This document shows positions 10,621 to 20,758 of a stretch of 64,000 bases of DNA, one piece after another. A program made the translations under genes and the position numbers. Under the pieces are notes generated by a model. That model was not told the origin of the DNA. It saw nothing but the letters and a program-made list of their open reading frames with translations, and did not search any database. Source of the stretch: a candidate division WWE3 bacterium. Its GTDB lineage: Bacteria > Patescibacteriota > WWE3 > UBA101185 > UBA10185. The DNA is taken from the NCBI GenBank assembly GCA_012798115.1, contig JAAZNV010000006.1:155971-219970 (forward strand). The letters run 5' to 3'. How positions within the stretch are numbered: the first letter of the stretch is position 1; each line of letters opens with the position of its first letter.

Positions 10621-11393
10621 AAGTTTTTGATAGTAAATATGAAAATCTAGGTTACTTGTTTTATAGAGTTATTTCACCAGTATTTGATCCTATAAGGTTT
10701 GTTCGCGGGTTATATGGATACACATGGTTCTTGAGGGATTATCTAAAGTTTAAAGGAATGAAAGGAAGTGAATCTTTGAGTGTAATGAATATTTATCCAG
10801 CCTTACATGATAAATCTGTGAGGACTTCGTTAGATGCTCATTATTTCTACCAACAGCTTTGGGTTTTTGAGGAAGTTATGAAGAGTAGGCCAAAGGAACA
10901 TGTAGATGTAGGCTCGACTTATCAAATGAGTGGTTATCTTTCTAAAATAACTAAGGCCACGTTCGTGGATATTAGGCCGTTGGAAGTTGATTTAAAGAAT
11001 CTAACTTCTATACCTGGAGACGTAACAAGTTTGCCTTTTGAGAGTGATTCTATCAATTCCCTTTCTTGCCTTCATGTTCTGGAGCATATTGGACTTGGTA
11101 GATACGGTGATCAGGTGAATCCTGTAGGTTGGAAAATTGCGTGTAAAGAGTTGTCTAGAATTTTATCTGTTAATGGGATTCTGTATTTATCGGTGCCTGT
11201 TGGAAGGTCTAGAGTATGTTTTAATGCTCATAGGGTATTTTCTCCAAATGCTATTCTTAAGGAGTTTTCAAAGCTAAGTTTAAGGGATTTTTCCTTGGTA
11301 GATGATTATGGAAGATACATAACAAACGTTTCTCCTAAAGATTATGGAAATATAAACTATGGTTGTGGAATGTTCACTTTTACTAAAGGTTAA
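10617..11393 (+). CDS. DUF268-like SAM-dependent methyltransferase
   Basis: HVDVGS, LHVLEHIGLGRYGD, SVPVG..FNAHRVF signature. Confidence 0.8.
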   Translation: MKVFDSKYENLGYLFYRVISPVFDPIRFVRGLYGYTWFLRDYLKFKGMKGSESLSVMNIYPALHDKSVRTSLDAHYFYQQLWVFEEVMKSRPKEHVDVGSTYQMSGYLSKITKATFVDIRPLEVDLKNLTSIPGDVTSLPFESDSINSLSCLHVLEHIGLGRYGDQVNPVGWKIACKELSRILSVNGILYLSVPVGRSRVCFNAHRVFSPNAILKEFSKLSLRDFSLVDDYGRYITNVSPKDYGNINYGCGMFTFTKG

Positions 11394-11401
11394 GTTAATT
11401 T

Positions 11402-12028
11402 ATGAAGTATAATTTTAGTCAATACACCACTGATTTACATAGGAAAATCTCTTTTGATTTTCTTCCAGGGAAAAGATTATTAGATGTTGGGTGTGGCACC
11501 TGTGTTGATTCTTACTTCTTTAAGAATATTCATAATCTTGATGTTTACTCAACGGATGTTTTTAAGCACAAGAATGTTGATACTTTTGGATTAAAATTTA
11601 AAGTGGGATCAATTATTAATCTTCCCTATAAGAGCTCCTGCTTTGATTATGTATTTGTACACGACGTCCTTCATCATATTGATGAAAAACATCAGAAATA
11701 TTCTATGCATGTAAATGCATTAAGGGAATTGAAAAGAGTTGTTAAAAACAATGGTGTCATAGTTATAGTTGAGGCTAACAGATACAATCCTTTGTTTTAT
11801 CCTCATATGGTAAGGTTGCTAAAACATAACCATTTTACTCAAAAATACTTCAAGAGTTTAATCAAATCTGTATTTGAGATTGAAAGCGTTTCTTTTAAAT
11901 ATTTTGAATGCCACGCCTATCCTAAAAGGCTCTATAAGTTCTTCAAAGTCTATGAGTTACTTATGGAAAAATTTGTGCCAGAGAGGTTGTTAGCATACAA
12001 TTGCGCTATTATTCAGGTGAAGAAGTAA
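11402..12028 (+). CDS. Class I SAM-dependent methyltransferase
   Basis: LLDVGCGT, FDYVFVHDVLHH, ELKRVVK..G. Confidence 0.9.
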   Translation: MKYNFSQYTTDLHRKISFDFLPGKRLLDVGCGTCVDSYFFKNIHNLDVYSTDVFKHKNVDTFGLKFKVGSIINLPYKSSCFDYVFVHDVLHHIDEKHQKYSMHVNALRELKRVVKNNGVIVIVEANRYNPLFYPHMVRLLKHNHFTQKYFKSLIKSVFEIESVSFKYFECHAYPKRLYKFFKVYELLMEKFVPERLLAYNCAIIQVKK

Positions 12029-12031
12029 TAT

Positions 12032-14281
12032 TTGACTACTATGTTGCATAAGATACTAGTAAATAATAGAACAAAAAAAAGCTTTCTGTTGCTCTTGTGT
12101 TATTTGTTGGTATCAGTTGCTGTTGCCTTACCGGTTTGTAAAGATGTGAAGTACACTGTGTGGGGTTCAATGGGTGATTACGATTTTTCATTAAATCCGT
12201 CTGAGCAATTAAATATTTCGACTTACGTGGAATCTTATGGTGGGGGATATTATGCACCCTTTAGTATAGCCAAGAAGGTGCCATATCTTTTGGTCCTTGA
12301 TCTGTTTTCTTTACTGAAAGTTTCTCCATTTGTATCAACCTTACTATATGTTATCTTATTAAACACTCTCTCTGGGATCTTCACGTTCATCTCATTTAAC
12401 TATTTTCTTAAAAAAGCTTCCTCCAAGGAGAATGCTGTACTTACTTTTTTATTCTCTCTCATTTATATTTACTCACCTTACTTTTCTACTCTTTATAAAT
12501 CAGGTCATTTTATAATTACTTTTGCTTTTCTTTTCTTTCCGATAGTTCTAATGTATTTCGATAAGGCACTAGAGTCAGATGGTGTTAGTTCGGAAAATTA
12601 CTTAATTCTTTTTTTACTGTTTGCATTACTGCCGAGCTCAATTTCTAACATAGCTTATATAGTGATTTATTTGCTTGTTTTAGGATTGTATCTTGTTGGC
12701 TTCTTATTATATAAGGGTTTTGTACGTGCTAGATATATGGTCACATATGTTGTGACTTGTTTGTTACTTTTTCTTTCAAATTCCTGGTGGCTGCTTTCCA
12801 ATGTTGTGTACTATGTTAAAACCTATTATGCGCAAGTTTCTTATTCTCGCGATACATTGGGGAAGTATATTGAGTTTGCGACAGAAAAAAGTTCCTTGGA
12901 GCACTTATTATTTGGTGGGGGTGTTGTGAAGTATGAGTCGGTTTTAGGAGAAGTTACCACTATCATTACAATTTTTGTTTATTTTATATTACTAGTAAGC
13001 GTATTACTGATGTTTTTAAAAGGCGATAAAAAGCTTGTTCGTTTCTCTATACCTTTTTTGTTTCTTACCTTACTTGGTCTATTTATTGTTAAAGGCCCGA
13101 AGGATCCATACGGAGATATTTTCTCTTATCTTTATGATAAGATACCAGGGTTTCAGATACTTAGAAGACCTAAGAGTAAAGTATATTGGACACATCTCCT
13201 GGGTCTTAGCGTTTTAGCGTTGTTTGGTTTTCAATGGCTTTTTTCTAGATTCAAGTTTAGTTCTCTACATAGGATCTTTGCTTGGTTTACATTGTTTATT
13301 ACTACGACATCGGTTTTGCTTTTATACTCTCTTAATATAGTAATAGTTCCGTTTAACATCCCTAGTGCTTACTATGAAGCAAACGTTGTATTTGTGTCAG
13401 AAGGTGCGAGGAGAATACTCATAATTCCAGATATAGCAGGACTGCCCCCTTATTACGATCAAACACTGAATTCTTTGAGGGGGCATGATTTTGTTCCGCA
13501 GGTTTGGAAGTATGAATTCTTAGGGTATGACTTATATAACAAATTAGCATTAAATGATGATCTGAACAGTAGATTACAAACACTATATAGGGATTTATTT
13601 AATGGGAGTAGTGTATGTTCAGATCTTAAAGATCTTAATATTACTCATGTTGTACTAAAGGAAAATTTAACAAATGATTATGAGAAGTTCTTCAACGGCA
13701 TGTCGATTAAGGATATTCTGTCTAAAAACGAAGATTTTAGCAAGGTTATAAGTTTTACAGAAGGTGCTAACCCGCTGTTTACTATATGGACTGTTGGAAG
13801 TAGTTGTGTATCTAATTCATCCTTTCCCATTGCTGTCAGTAATCCGGAAGTTTTGGTTAGTTATGATAAGGTCTCTCCTACTTTTTATCGAGTTAAACTT
13901 AAAAATCTTTTGGACAGTACCCACCTATCTCTTATGAGAGGTTATGATAAGGATTGGAAATTATATCTATCTACTAGTTCCTACAATAATCCTGAGTTTA
14001 TGATTCCAGTGAGTGCAATTTCCAAGTCGATGAGATTAGTAAAAGGTCCTTACAAGACGTCTGGATATGTTAATGACTGGTTTGTCTCTATGGAGGCGGC
14101 ACATCCTTATGTAAGCAGTCCTAATGAAGTTAATCTTGTCCTTTATTACTCACCGTCTACCTTTTTATATATTGGTGAAGTATTAACCATGTTTGTCTTC
14201 TTGCTACTGTTGTTTATTAACGTTTTACATGTGTATCAAAAGGGACGTGGAAAAACATCTCAATATGCACCTTCTAAGTAG
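12032..14281 (+). CDS. Polytopic membrane protein, probable GT-C fold glycosyltransferase (AftD/DUF3367/YfhO-like)
   Basis: Many TM segments, IPGFQILRRPKSK loop, extracellular domain, GYVNDW and a final TM helix. Lies in a glycan locus. Confidence 0.6.
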   Translation: MTTMLHKILVNNRTKKSFLLLLCYLLVSVAVALPVCKDVKYTVWGSMGDYDFSLNPSEQLNISTYVESYGGGYYAPFSIAKKVPYLLVLDLFSLLKVSPFVSTLLYVILLNTLSGIFTFISFNYFLKKASSKENAVLTFLFSLIYIYSPYFSTLYKSGHFIITFAFLFFPIVLMYFDKALESDGVSSENYLILFLLFALLPSSISNIAYIVIYLLVLGLYLVGFLLYKGFVRARYMVTYVVTCLLLFLSNSWWLLSNVVYYVKTYYAQVSYSRDTLGKYIEFATEKSSLEHLLFGGGVVKYESVLGEVTTIITIFVYFILLVSVLLMFLKGDKKLVRFSIPFLFLTLLGLFIVKGPKDPYGDIFSYLYDKIPGFQILRRPKSKVYWTHLLGLSVLALFGFQWLFSRFKFSSLHRIFAWFTLFITTTSVLLLYSLNIVIVPFNIPSAYYEANVVFVSEGARRILIIPDIAGLPPYYDQTLNSLRGHDFVPQVWKYEFLGYDLYNKLALNDDLNSRLQTLYRDLFNGSSVCSDLKDLNITHVVLKENLTNDYEKFFNGMSIKDILSKNEDFSKVISFTEGANPLFTIWTVGSSCVSNSSFPIAVSNPEVLVSYDKVSPTFYRVKLKNLLDSTHLSLMRGYDKDWKLYLSTSSYNNPEFMIPVSAISKSMRLVKGPYKTSGYVNDWFVSMEAAHPYVSSPNEVNLVLYYSPSTFLYIGEVLTMFVFLLLLFINVLHVYQKGRGKTSQYAPSK

Positions 14282-15926
14282 TATTATAATTTATTCTTAC
14301 AACGATCAAGCAAATTCTTTGATTAGAGCTTTGTCAATTTTTACCAAGAAGAATTTTTTACCTGGTGCATTTATGTCATCATCTATGTTCAAGGTCGATC
14401 TCATTACACATGTTTTTGTTAATGTTTGTGCTGCTTTGTTAAATCCAGTGCTTGAGGCCAATATTTTGTTGTTTGTAGCTCTGATTCTGAGCTTTTATTT
14501 CAGCTTTGTACTATTGAATGAGTTGAAGTTGTCAAAAATTCTTTGTCTTAGCATCTCTGTTCTTTTCACTTTCAGTGAGTATTTTGTGTATAGAGTCGTT
14601 TCATATACTACTAACTTATATTCAGTATTTACTTTTCCGTTTGTTGCTTATCTTCTGGTGAAAAAGACGAAAAGTTATTATATGGGATTATTTGTTTCAT
14701 TTCTTACGTATGTTAGTTCTTACTATGGATTTTTTTCACTAATTATAGTAATTTGCTGGTATCTTTTTACATTTTTTACAGATAAAAAGGTAAGAATTAA
14801 AAATGTTCTAAAAGATATGACTTTTGTACTCTTTGTTCTGCTGGCCTGTCTTCTTCCTTTTTATAATTCACATTTAGCAAGTAACCTTCCTGTATTTGGC
14901 AAATATAATAACGTCGTTAGTCCTTTTAATCGTGAAATAGTTTATAGACCAATCCAAGATTTTTATAATCTATCGTTTCGTCCTTGGTATTTCTTCATTC
15001 CTCCAAAATCATCCTTGTTCTTTGGAGATTTATCTAAAAGATTATATAAAAAGATAGAATCCACCAATTACTATCTTGCTGATGACTATATGGAAGAAGA
15101 AATGGGTGGTAGTTATATGGGTTGGCATTTCCTTTTGGGAATGGGATTTGTAGCTGTTTTACTTTTATTAAAGAAGTTTAAGAAAAAAGAATATCCTATC
15201 TTTAAGACAGTATATGAAAACCAGGAAATGATAGTTAGAAGTTTCTTCATAATATTTTGTATTTTGTTAATATCCGGCCCTCCTTCGTTTACGATAAGAG
15301 GAATTACATTTTATACACCTTCTTATCTTCTTTATTATATTGTTCCTGTATTTAGAACTCTTGTTAGATGGGCAGTAGTAATTTATTTATTTGTTTTAAT
15401 AATTAATTCTTATTTAGTACAAGATTTATATGACTTAATGAAAAATACATGGCAGAAAGTACTATTTATAGTTGTGTTTTTATCTCTAAACTTTGTAATC
15501 TTTGCAATAAAAATACCTGTAATAAATGTAAGTAAACCTCCTTTGGAAATATCATATTTGAAGGAAAAGTATCCTGGTAGTGTTCCTTATGCTGTGTATC
15601 CTAAAGGGGACTATTATTCAATATTTTGGATAATTTCTCATGAAGATTTGCTAATTAATCCTGTAAATTTTGTTAATTATGAAACAGGCTTTAATTCAAA
15701 TGAATTTTCCAAGAATTTAATTACAGAAGAAGGGATTGAGGAATTCTTAAGTTTTAATCCGAGGTATTTAATATATTATGAAGAAAAAATATCTGGTAGT
15801 GATTTGGAGAGAATAGCTAAAATCAACTCAAAGATAGTGGTAAAGGAGGATATAACAAGGTTTCTCGAGAAAGAGCTTGATAAGGGTGTAAAGGTAGGGG
15901 AAAGTATTATTTTTGAAATTAAGTAA
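14265..15926 (+). CDS. Polytopic membrane protein, probable GT-C/YfhO-like glycosyltransferase
   Basis: Multiple TM helices, VPVFRTLVRW loop. ATG 14265 overlaps the end of the previous gene. Confidence 0.55.
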   Translation: MHLLSSIIIYSYNDQANSLIRALSIFTKKNFLPGAFMSSSMFKVDLITHVFVNVCAALLNPVLEANILLFVALILSFYFSFVLLNELKLSKILCLSISVLFTFSEYFVYRVVSYTTNLYSVFTFPFVAYLLVKKTKSYYMGLFVSFLTYVSSYYGFFSLIIVICWYLFTFFTDKKVRIKNVLKDMTFVLFVLLACLLPFYNSHLASNLPVFGKYNNVVSPFNREIVYRPIQDFYNLSFRPWYFFIPPKSSLFFGDLSKRLYKKIESTNYYLADDYMEEEMGGSYMGWHFLLGMGFVAVLLLLKKFKKKEYPIFKTVYENQEMIVRSFFIIFCILLISGPPSFTIRGITFYTPSYLLYYIVPVFRTLVRWAVVIYLFVLIINSYLVQDLYDLMKNTWQKVLFIVVFLSLNFVIFAIKIPVINVSKPPLEISYLKEKYPGSVPYAVYPKGDYYSIFWIISHEDLLINPVNFVNYETGFNSNEFSKNLITEEGIEEFLSFNPRYLIYYEEKISGSDLERIAKINSKIVVKEDITRFLEKELDKGVKVGESIIFEIK

Positions 15927-16021
15927 ATTTAAGCAACTTATAGAACACTTAAAGGTGGAAAAAAACTGAAAAATCAATATAATAACAGTTGCCAGTATGC
16001 CCCGGCAAAGAATGCATCAAT

Positions 16022-16444
16022 ATGTTTAGCTTATTAAAGGATAATGTAGATAGTGTTGTTCTGATTTTTATATTTTTATTGCTCCTTTTCTCTGTGTTGT
16101 TCCCTGTGGAGAAACCTTCATCAAAATTTCTAAAGGTACATCTTTCCAAAGTACATATCCTCTTTATACTCTTGTTTATAGGTGTTTTAACTATAATCAA
16201 AGTAGAACCTCTAGGATTTCTAATTGGCTTTCCGATGATTACTTTCTCGTTCTTTATATTTTTGTTTGGAATGCTGTCTGATAGGAAATACATTTATATC
16301 ATGGCTCTTATTTCTTTAGTAATAACCCCACTTATGCTCGTGCTGAAAGTGGAAAGATTAGCTGAATTTTTTGCGCGGACGGGTTACTTTCTTTTAGTCC
16401 TGGGGTTTTTAAAGGATATTTTTTATGAAAAAATATTTAAGTAA
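16022..16444 (+). CDS. Small integral membrane protein (about 4-5 TM), unknown function
   Basis: Hydrophobic ORF coupled to the next gene. ATG 16022 preferred. Confidence 0.65.
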   Translation: MFSLLKDNVDSVVLIFIFLLLLFSVLFPVEKPSSKFLKVHLSKVHILFILLFIGVLTIIKVEPLGFLIGFPMITFSFFIFLFGMLSDRKYIYIMALISLVITPLMLVLKVERLAEFFARTGYFLLVLGFLKDIFYEKIFK

Positions 16445-18620
16445 AAAAGAATCTAATATATATAAAATAAAGACTGTTTCATTTTTGGTTCTAATTGGAA
16501 TCTATTTCTCATCGCTAAATGTTTCGGCTCAGTCAAAATTAGAATATTATCAAAAGTTGTTCGCAAAAGATTTCGGGTTTGTTGTTTGTAAGGAAGATGA
16601 AAATAATGAAAATAAGGAAGATCCACAAATGTCTTCCTCATGTTCAAGCAATAGTTACTCTATTTTATTGACATCTTCTATTTCTAGACAGGAACTGCTG
16701 AAAAAATATCTTGTTGAAAGTAAGAAGTTGATAGTAATTTGTGATGAACCTTACTTTTCAAATAGCTCATCAGAGTTTACTTGTGACAAATCAGTATCAT
16801 ATTCTAAAGATTTAGATGCGTTTAATGGTTGTTTAAAGAAGAATGGTATACAAGGTGTAGATTTGTATGTTATACCGGAGAACATTTTAGTGTCTCCAAA
16901 TGAAAGACATACTCTTAGTGAATATTTTAAAGCTTTTAAGAGGTCGGATATGGCACCTGTTGTTTCTGAGGACACGAAAGTTACTGTAGAAGTAATGCGA
17001 AAAGTGGATCAGATAAAAGCTTTGTTGAAGACGACAACATTTGAAATGTTTATAGATGCCATCCTAGTACTGGCTATGGTATCTGTTTGCTTTGGTTTAC
17101 TCAGATATATTGTAAATAATGATAGAAAGAAGTTTAGTTCAAGGGCTTTAGAGAGAATGTTACTTAAAGTAAGAAAAACCCTTATAAATTACAGATGGTT
17201 TATAGCTTATGAAGTTTTTGTGCTTACTCTTATGTATATACCAATCGTAGTTGTACTGGGGGTAAAGGATGGGAGGGGTGTAAATGTTGGATATTTTATA
17301 ACATACTCCTTGGACACATTGAAAATAGCAAATCTAATAGAGTATGTAAACCAAAACAACTACTTCAGAATATTGGTATTCTTTTATAACTTTGCCTTCT
17401 TGATTGCACTTATTACTCTTGTGGCACCATCATTTATGGATATACTCATTACAGCATCATTAAAGATTAAAAATGCGAGGATAAAGAGCAACGTTTTGAA
17501 GTATACAATTCCTTCTGTTTTGTTGCTAACTATAGTAGTATCTTCATTTTGTAACATACATGATTGTTATAGATTTTTAATACTTGCTATTGTAATTTTG
17601 GTTTTTACTGTCATTGGCAGCTTTAAATACAAGACCTTTAGTTGCAACTATTCCTCTAGTGACAGATTATTGTTTTTAGGTGTGGCAGTTCTGGTAGTAT
17701 TTGCTAGTTTCTTAGTGAAGGTTTGGGAAAGAAAAATAGGTCCAGAATACAAAGAAGAAGGATTGATTAGTGTTGGTGATAGCATTGTTACTCTTCCTTA
17801 TTCAAAGCAAATAGGTGAAAATACAATATTTAAGGAATTTTTTATTTCTACCCCAGAACCTGTATTTGTAGATAGGTATTTAGTTTACTTTCCAAATCGT
17901 TCTAGTGTAGAAAACAAGAATGCTCTGGAATTTAAAGATTCTGGTTCATTTTTTATTCAAAACGGTGCATTGGAAGATATGACTTATGCTATTTATGTTA
18001 ATGATGAGTTGTCTAGAACCTTGGTTTCTAGGGTTCCTACCAATTTCTTTAGGGTTAAAAACTTTAGGACTGGCCTTAATCAAGGTGATGCAAACATCCA
18101 AATCACATTTTCATGTGAAAGAGAAGATATTGGAATAAATGAGATAAAATCTGATTTTTATCACCTTTCTTCTTCAAATGAAATAGAAAAAATGGAAAGT
18201 ACTCTCTTATACTTTCCTGGATGCTCAGAAGTAGGCAAACCTGAAACTTTTACAGTAGAGTTTAATCCACCTTATATTGACTCTGAATACTTCTTTATGA
18301 GGTTAGTAAATGTTTCAGGTAAAGATATAAAAGATGTTAGGATAATATCTTTAGATACAGTTATTACACCAACTTACTACTCAAAAGGAAAGGGATATAG
18401 TGTAATTTCTTCTGGTGGACTTACGGATTCATCCAAAACAAAAGTTACAAATTATATATTTGGAGAATCACATGACTTATTGTTCAATATAGATCTTGAT
18501 CTGGAAGGTAAGTTTAATATCTCTCAACCTATAAACGAATTAGTAAAACAAGGAGCTTTGAAAGGTAATACTCTAATATGGTCAACTAAAAAGTATATTC
18601 CTGTTAGAGTTGGGTTCTGA
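16425..18620 (+). CDS. Large membrane protein with Cys-rich N-terminal extracytoplasmic domain, ~6 TM and C-terminal soluble domain; unknown function
   Basis: 731-aa ORF with a signal-peptide-like start and a central hydrophobic block. Confidence 0.7.
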   Translation: MKKYLSKKESNIYKIKTVSFLVLIGIYFSSLNVSAQSKLEYYQKLFAKDFGFVVCKEDENNENKEDPQMSSSCSSNSYSILLTSSISRQELLKKYLVESKKLIVICDEPYFSNSSSEFTCDKSVSYSKDLDAFNGCLKKNGIQGVDLYVIPENILVSPNERHTLSEYFKAFKRSDMAPVVSEDTKVTVEVMRKVDQIKALLKTTTFEMFIDAILVLAMVSVCFGLLRYIVNNDRKKFSSRALERMLLKVRKTLINYRWFIAYEVFVLTLMYIPIVVVLGVKDGRGVNVGYFITYSLDTLKIANLIEYVNQNNYFRILVFFYNFAFLIALITLVAPSFMDILITASLKIKNARIKSNVLKYTIPSVLLLTIVVSSFCNIHDCYRFLILAIVILVFTVIGSFKYKTFSCNYSSSDRLLFLGVAVLVVFASFLVKVWERKIGPEYKEEGLISVGDSIVTLPYSKQIGENTIFKEFFISTPEPVFVDRYLVYFPNRSSVENKNALEFKDSGSFFIQNGALEDMTYAIYVNDELSRTLVSRVPTNFFRVKNFRTGLNQGDANIQITFSCEREDIGINEIKSDFYHLSSSNEIEKMESTLLYFPGCSEVGKPETFTVEFNPPYIDSEYFFMRLVNVSGKDIKDVRIISLDTVITPTYYSKGKGYSVISSGGLTDSSKTKVTNYIFGESHDLLFNIDLDLEGKFNISQPINELVKQGALKGNTLIWSTKKYIPVRVGF

Positions 18621-18660
18621 TCATTTTGCTACAAGAAGATATAAATTATAGAATTTGAAT

Positions 18661-20040
18661 ATGAATTCAAGTGTAAAAAACATCTTCTTTTACTCCTTTT
18701 TAGTATTTTTCTTTTCTTGGGTATTTGTGAATAGATTAGGAATTAATAAATTAGCTATTCAGTCAGAAGATACTATTCCAACTATGTTTTTACCTGTGGC
18801 TATAATAAAAGAAAAGACAATGAATTTAGATTCTTACTATTGGATGATGTTAGGGAAGTATCCTCATCCAGATGACAAAAGCTTTATTAGAGGTCTTACT
18901 CCTTTTTATTTAAAAAAGATAGGTAATCACTACGTATCTGCATTTCCAATAATTACAGCTCTAATATCTCTTCCTATATATTTTCTTCCTTTAAAGCTTG
19001 GGATGCCTATTACTTGGGATAACTTAATAATATTATCTAAGATATCTTCTTCCCTTATAGTTTCATTATCTGGAGTATTTCTTTACATTCTTCTAAGGAA
19101 ACATTTCTTAAATGATGAAAAAAAAGCATCTCTTTTAACATACGTTTATCTTTTTGGGACAGTAAACTATGCAATGATTTCTCAATCTATGTGGCAACAT
19201 GGAACCTTAATGCTCTTTTCTATTCTAGGTTTGTATTTTATTCTAGAGTTTTTAAAAGAAAATAAGTTTAAACCTTCAAATGCTTTTCTTGGAGGATTGT
19301 TTTATGGTCTTGCTATTTTATCAAGACCAACTGCAGCTTTAGCTTTTGCTCTTGTTCTTGTTTTAATGTTAGTGAAGATACGAAACATAAAAAACTATAT
19401 CAAGGCAAATATATTTGTATTTGCTGGAATTGCTTTAAACATATTATTTTTCCTTTGGTATAACAACAAATACTATATAGGTATCCAAAATCAAGGTTAC
19501 TCTAGTCAAATATTTTCTAGTTGGTTATCTCCATTTCCAATAAGTCTTATAGGAGTTTGGTTATCTCCAAGTAAAGGGATACTTGTATATTCTCCAATTT
19601 TTATCTTTTCATTTGTTGGTTTTTATATAGCTATGAAAAAAGGAGTAGAGGAAAATTCTCAATATTTAATTTATTTCTTAGTGGTTGTTTTACATACGCT
19701 AATAATTAGTTTTTGGAAACATTGGTACGGTGGTTATTCCTTTGGTTACAGAATGAGTTCAGATATTATTCCTTACCTTATTCTTCTTATGGTTCCTTTT
19801 CTTAATTCCTCATTTTATGAAAAGTACCAGAAGCTGTTCTTGTTTTTGTTTACCATATCTGTTTTTGTTCAAATATTTGGAATAATTTTCTTTGATGGAA
19901 TATGGCATGCAGCATATGATAGGGGATTTAGAGATACATCCTGGCTTTGGTCGTTAAAAGATTCAGAATTTATGTTTAATATAAGAAGAGTAATGGTGAA
20001 ACTAAAGTTTCTTCAAAGAGCTTGTCCCAAGTGTTTATAA
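18661..20040 (+). CDS. GT-C fold membrane glycosyltransferase (PMT_2/GT39-like)
   Basis: QSEDT acidic loop after TM1, SQSMWQH, SRP, SPSKGILVYSP, WYGGYSFGYR. TAGAAT lies 6 nt before ATG 18661. Confidence 0.7.
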   Translation: MNSSVKNIFFYSFLVFFFSWVFVNRLGINKLAIQSEDTIPTMFLPVAIIKEKTMNLDSYYWMMLGKYPHPDDKSFIRGLTPFYLKKIGNHYVSAFPIITALISLPIYFLPLKLGMPITWDNLIILSKISSSLIVSLSGVFLYILLRKHFLNDEKKASLLTYVYLFGTVNYAMISQSMWQHGTLMLFSILGLYFILEFLKENKFKPSNAFLGGLFYGLAILSRPTAALAFALVLVLMLVKIRNIKNYIKANIFVFAGIALNILFFLWYNNKYYIGIQNQGYSSQIFSSWLSPFPISLIGVWLSPSKGILVYSPIFIFSFVGFYIAMKKGVEENSQYLIYFLVVVLHTLIISFWKHWYGGYSFGYRMSSDIIPYLILLMVPFLNSSFYEKYQKLFLFLFTISVFVQIFGIIFFDGIWHAAYDRGFRDTSWLWSLKDSEFMFNIRRVMVKLKFLQRACPKCL

Positions 20041-20046
20041 TCCTTT

Positions 20047-20087
20047 AGGGTTGAGCGTACGGATTTTACTCTACGATCTAGAAACGA
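20047..20087. repeat. Degenerate copy of the cassette-boundary site (arms separated by 19 instead of 6 bp)
   Basis: AGGGTTGAGCG-N19-TCTAGAAACGA versus CTGGCTGAGYA-N6-TCTAGAACCAM. Confidence 0.5.
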
Positions 20088-20123
20088 GACAGTAATGCTC
20101 GCGAATATAACATTAAATATAAT

Positions 20124-20669
20124 TTACTGGTTGCACAGTTCCTGAAATTTCAGCATTTGATAGTAAAGGGATTTTAATGAATTGTAGTATTCTTGGTCGG
20201 GGTTCTGATAGTATGTATCCCTAGAATTTGGCTGTTTCTCTTTGGCAGAGCGCCATCTATAGCATCCATCGGGCAACTTCTTTGGATTGCCACTATTAAT
20301 ATATTTTATTGCACAGCCTGATATACCATTCGCAAACATTTCATCAGCCTTCTCATAGAAAATTTGATACATCCTAACGTACGTTAGGCATGCCCAAAGC
20401 TTATTTTGAAACTCGTCTTTTGTCTTTACAAGGTCAGTATTACTCTGCTCCAATCTCGTAATTCTATTCTGCAAATCTTGGATATGTTCATTTATGGAAT
20501 TATTTGTCTCATTGTAGGACTTGTTATATGTCTTATAAGCTCTAAATGCGTAGTAACTAACTATACAAGTTATACCTACAAGCATTATTGTGATAATAAC
20601 AACTCTAAAAGCCTTGCCCTTAATCAGGTTTGTAATAAAATTTTTAATTTCTGCTAGTTTATTTTTCAT
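20124..20669 (-). CDS. Hypothetical membrane-anchored protein with coiled coil and Cys-containing C-terminal domain
   Basis: Single N-terminal TM helix, heptad segment. TAAGAT lies 6 nt before the ATG. Confidence 0.75.
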   Translation of the reverse strand: MKNKLAEIKNFITNLIKGKAFRVVIITIMLVGITCIVSYYAFRAYKTYNKSYNETNNSINEHIQDLQNRITRLEQSNTDLVKTKDEFQNKLWACLTYVRMYQIFYEKADEMFANGISGCAIKYINSGNPKKLPDGCYRWRSAKEKQPNSRDTYYQNPDQEYYNSLKSLYYQMLKFQELCNQ

Positions 20670-20715
20670 ATTATTATCTTACTACTTCTATTTAGGCGGT
20701 GGGTAATAGCACTCT

Positions 20716-20743
20716 CTGGCTGAGCATGTCGGTCTAGAACCAA
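20716..20743. repeat. 28-bp cassette-boundary site, copy A
   Basis: CTGGCTGAGCA TGTCGG TCTAGAACCAA. Arms match copy B at 20 of 22 positions. Confidence 0.8.
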
Positions 20744-20758
20744 AATGAAATTATTCTT

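Noticed and set aside
20716-20743. Boundary repeat as a tRNA 3' end (GGTTC...N11-CCA spacing on the minus strand) acting as an att site
   Set aside because: The spacing fits, but position 57 is a pyrimidine, copy B breaks the G53-C61 pair, and no cloverleaf lies upstream.
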